Source: a virus (taxonomy: Duplodnaviria > Heunggongvirae > Uroviricota > Caudoviricetes). From it: a DNA stretch of 34,976 nucleotides. The stretch lies in the IMG/VR virus record IMGVR_UViG_2548876698_000017; one strand, 5' to 3'. Under the pieces are notes generated by a model. That model was given only the letters and a program-made list of their open reading frames with translations. It did no database searches and was not told where the DNA came from. Below are positions 33,909 through 34,976 of the stretch, piece by piece. Position 1 is the first letter of the stretch; each line of letters starts with the position of its first letter. A program made the position numbers and the translations under genes.

Positions 33909-34976
33909 ATGACGGTCTCAACCGAAGTTGACCACAACGAATACACCGGTAACGGTGTTACAACGACATTCCCTTATACCTTCAGGATTTTTAAGAAGTC
34001 TGATCTGGTAGTCCAGGTTGTAGACCTGAACGATAACATCACTGTTCTGACGCTAGATACTGACTACACAGTAACCGGCGCAGGTGGGTATGTAGGTGGT
34101 AATGTAATACTGGCAACAGCTCTTGCTAATGGTTACCAGATTTCCATATCACGTGAATTGCCGGTTACGCAGGAAACGGATCTCCGTAACCAGGGTAAGT
34201 TCTTTGCTGAGGTGCATGAGGATGCGCTTGATAAGTTGACAATGTTGATTCAGCAGGTTCGTAGTTGGTTTAGCCTGGCGCTACGTAAGCCGTCATTTGC
34301 TGCTAACTATTACGACGCAATGGACAACTATATTCGTAATCTTCGTGCCCCATCCAGGCCGAAAGACGCAGCAACGAAAGATTATGTTGATATTCTTTCT
34401 GGTGCCAGCCTAAGCAGAAGCTTGAGAGTACCTGAATCGTTTATAAATGAGTTACCTGATGCGGATGGGAGAAAGAATAAAACACTGAGTTTTGATAATT
34501 CTGGATCACCGCTTCTTCTTGATCCTGAAAGTAGTGGGTTATGGGGATATTCCCTTATTGATTCGTTTCAGGATGGTGCTTCAATAACAACTAGATTTCA
34601 GGCACTTCACTGGAAACGTCCTGATGGAAATGGCGAGTACTACCGTTGGGATGGATCTTTACCAAAAGATGTTCCTGAGAATTCAACCCCTGAATCAACA
34701 GGTGGGGTTTCCCTTGGTGCCTGGGTATCTGTAGGGGATGCATCGTTGCGGAGCGACCTGATTAGTCAAGAGACAGATAAAGGCTCCTCAATAGTTACAT
34801 ATACCCCTAAATTTAATGATGCCGTCTCGATGTCGGTATATGAAAAACTTTCTGTAGATTTGGTGACACTTTCAGACTACGGATTTAAAGTTGGCAACAC
34901 CGGTTCTCAGAACAAAGCGGCGTTTCAGAAGGCTATTGATGATGCTACGTTGCCAACTGAGATTGTTATACCAGAG
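33909..34976 (+). CDS. Tailspike protein, 3'-truncated by window end
   Basis: ATG at 33909 with GGAG RBS; open to the last base (356 codons, hence absent from the ORF track). N-terminus MTVSTEVDHNEYTGNGVTTTFPYTFRIFKKSDLVVQVVDLNDN... is consistent with a podovirus tailspike head-binding adaptor domain; assignment by pattern and by position after the ejection proteins. Confidence 0.8.
   Translation, partial: MTVSTEVDHNEYTGNGVTTTFPYTFRIFKKSDLVVQVVDLNDNITVLTLDTDYTVTGAGGYVGGNVILATALANGYQISISRELPVTQETDLRNQGKFFAEVHEDALDKLTMLIQQVRSWFSLALRKPSFAANYYDAMDNYIRNLRAPSRPKDAATKDYVDILSGASLSRSLRVPESFINELPDADGRKNKTLSFDNSGSPLLLDPESSGLWGYSLIDSFQDGASITTRFQALHWKRPDGNGEYYRWDGSLPKDVPENSTPESTGGVSLGAWVSVGDASLRSDLISQETDKGSSIVTYTPKFNDAVSMSVYEKLSVDLVTLSDYGFKVGNTGSQNKAAFQKAIDDATLPTEIVIPE

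Overview
This window reads as about 35 kb of a temperate phage (prophage) genome from an enterobacterial host, covering the integrase end through to the start of the tailspike gene. Left to right: a tyrosine integrase at the window edge; a minus-strand cargo block between int and an AlpA-type excisionase (AntA-type antirepressor-like gene, MT-A70 adenine methyltransferase with two coupled small ORFs); a translationally coupled RecE-like exonuclease/RecT operon; an immunity region (non-cleavable two-HTH repressor divergent from a Cro-like gene, three operators between them); lambda O/P-like replication genes with iterons inside the O-like gene; a nin-like accessory region; small and large terminase; a convergent moron plus a phage-borne tRNA-Arg(UCU); then a podovirus morphogenesis module in T7-like gene order (6.7-like, portal, scaffold, capsid, gp11/gp12-like, internal/ejection proteins) ending in a tailspike that runs off the window. 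The strongest non-coding signals are a 15-bp palindrome TTACC-N5-GGTAA at nine intergenic sites spread over the whole genome, and a near-consensus LexA box upstream of an 85-aa minus-strand ORF inside the late region. Together with the non-cleavable repressor these suggest an SOS-antirepressor induction circuit and a repressor regulon reaching into structural genes; I consider this the most likely novel system here. All protein calls rest on motif recognition from the translated ORFs, not on database searches.
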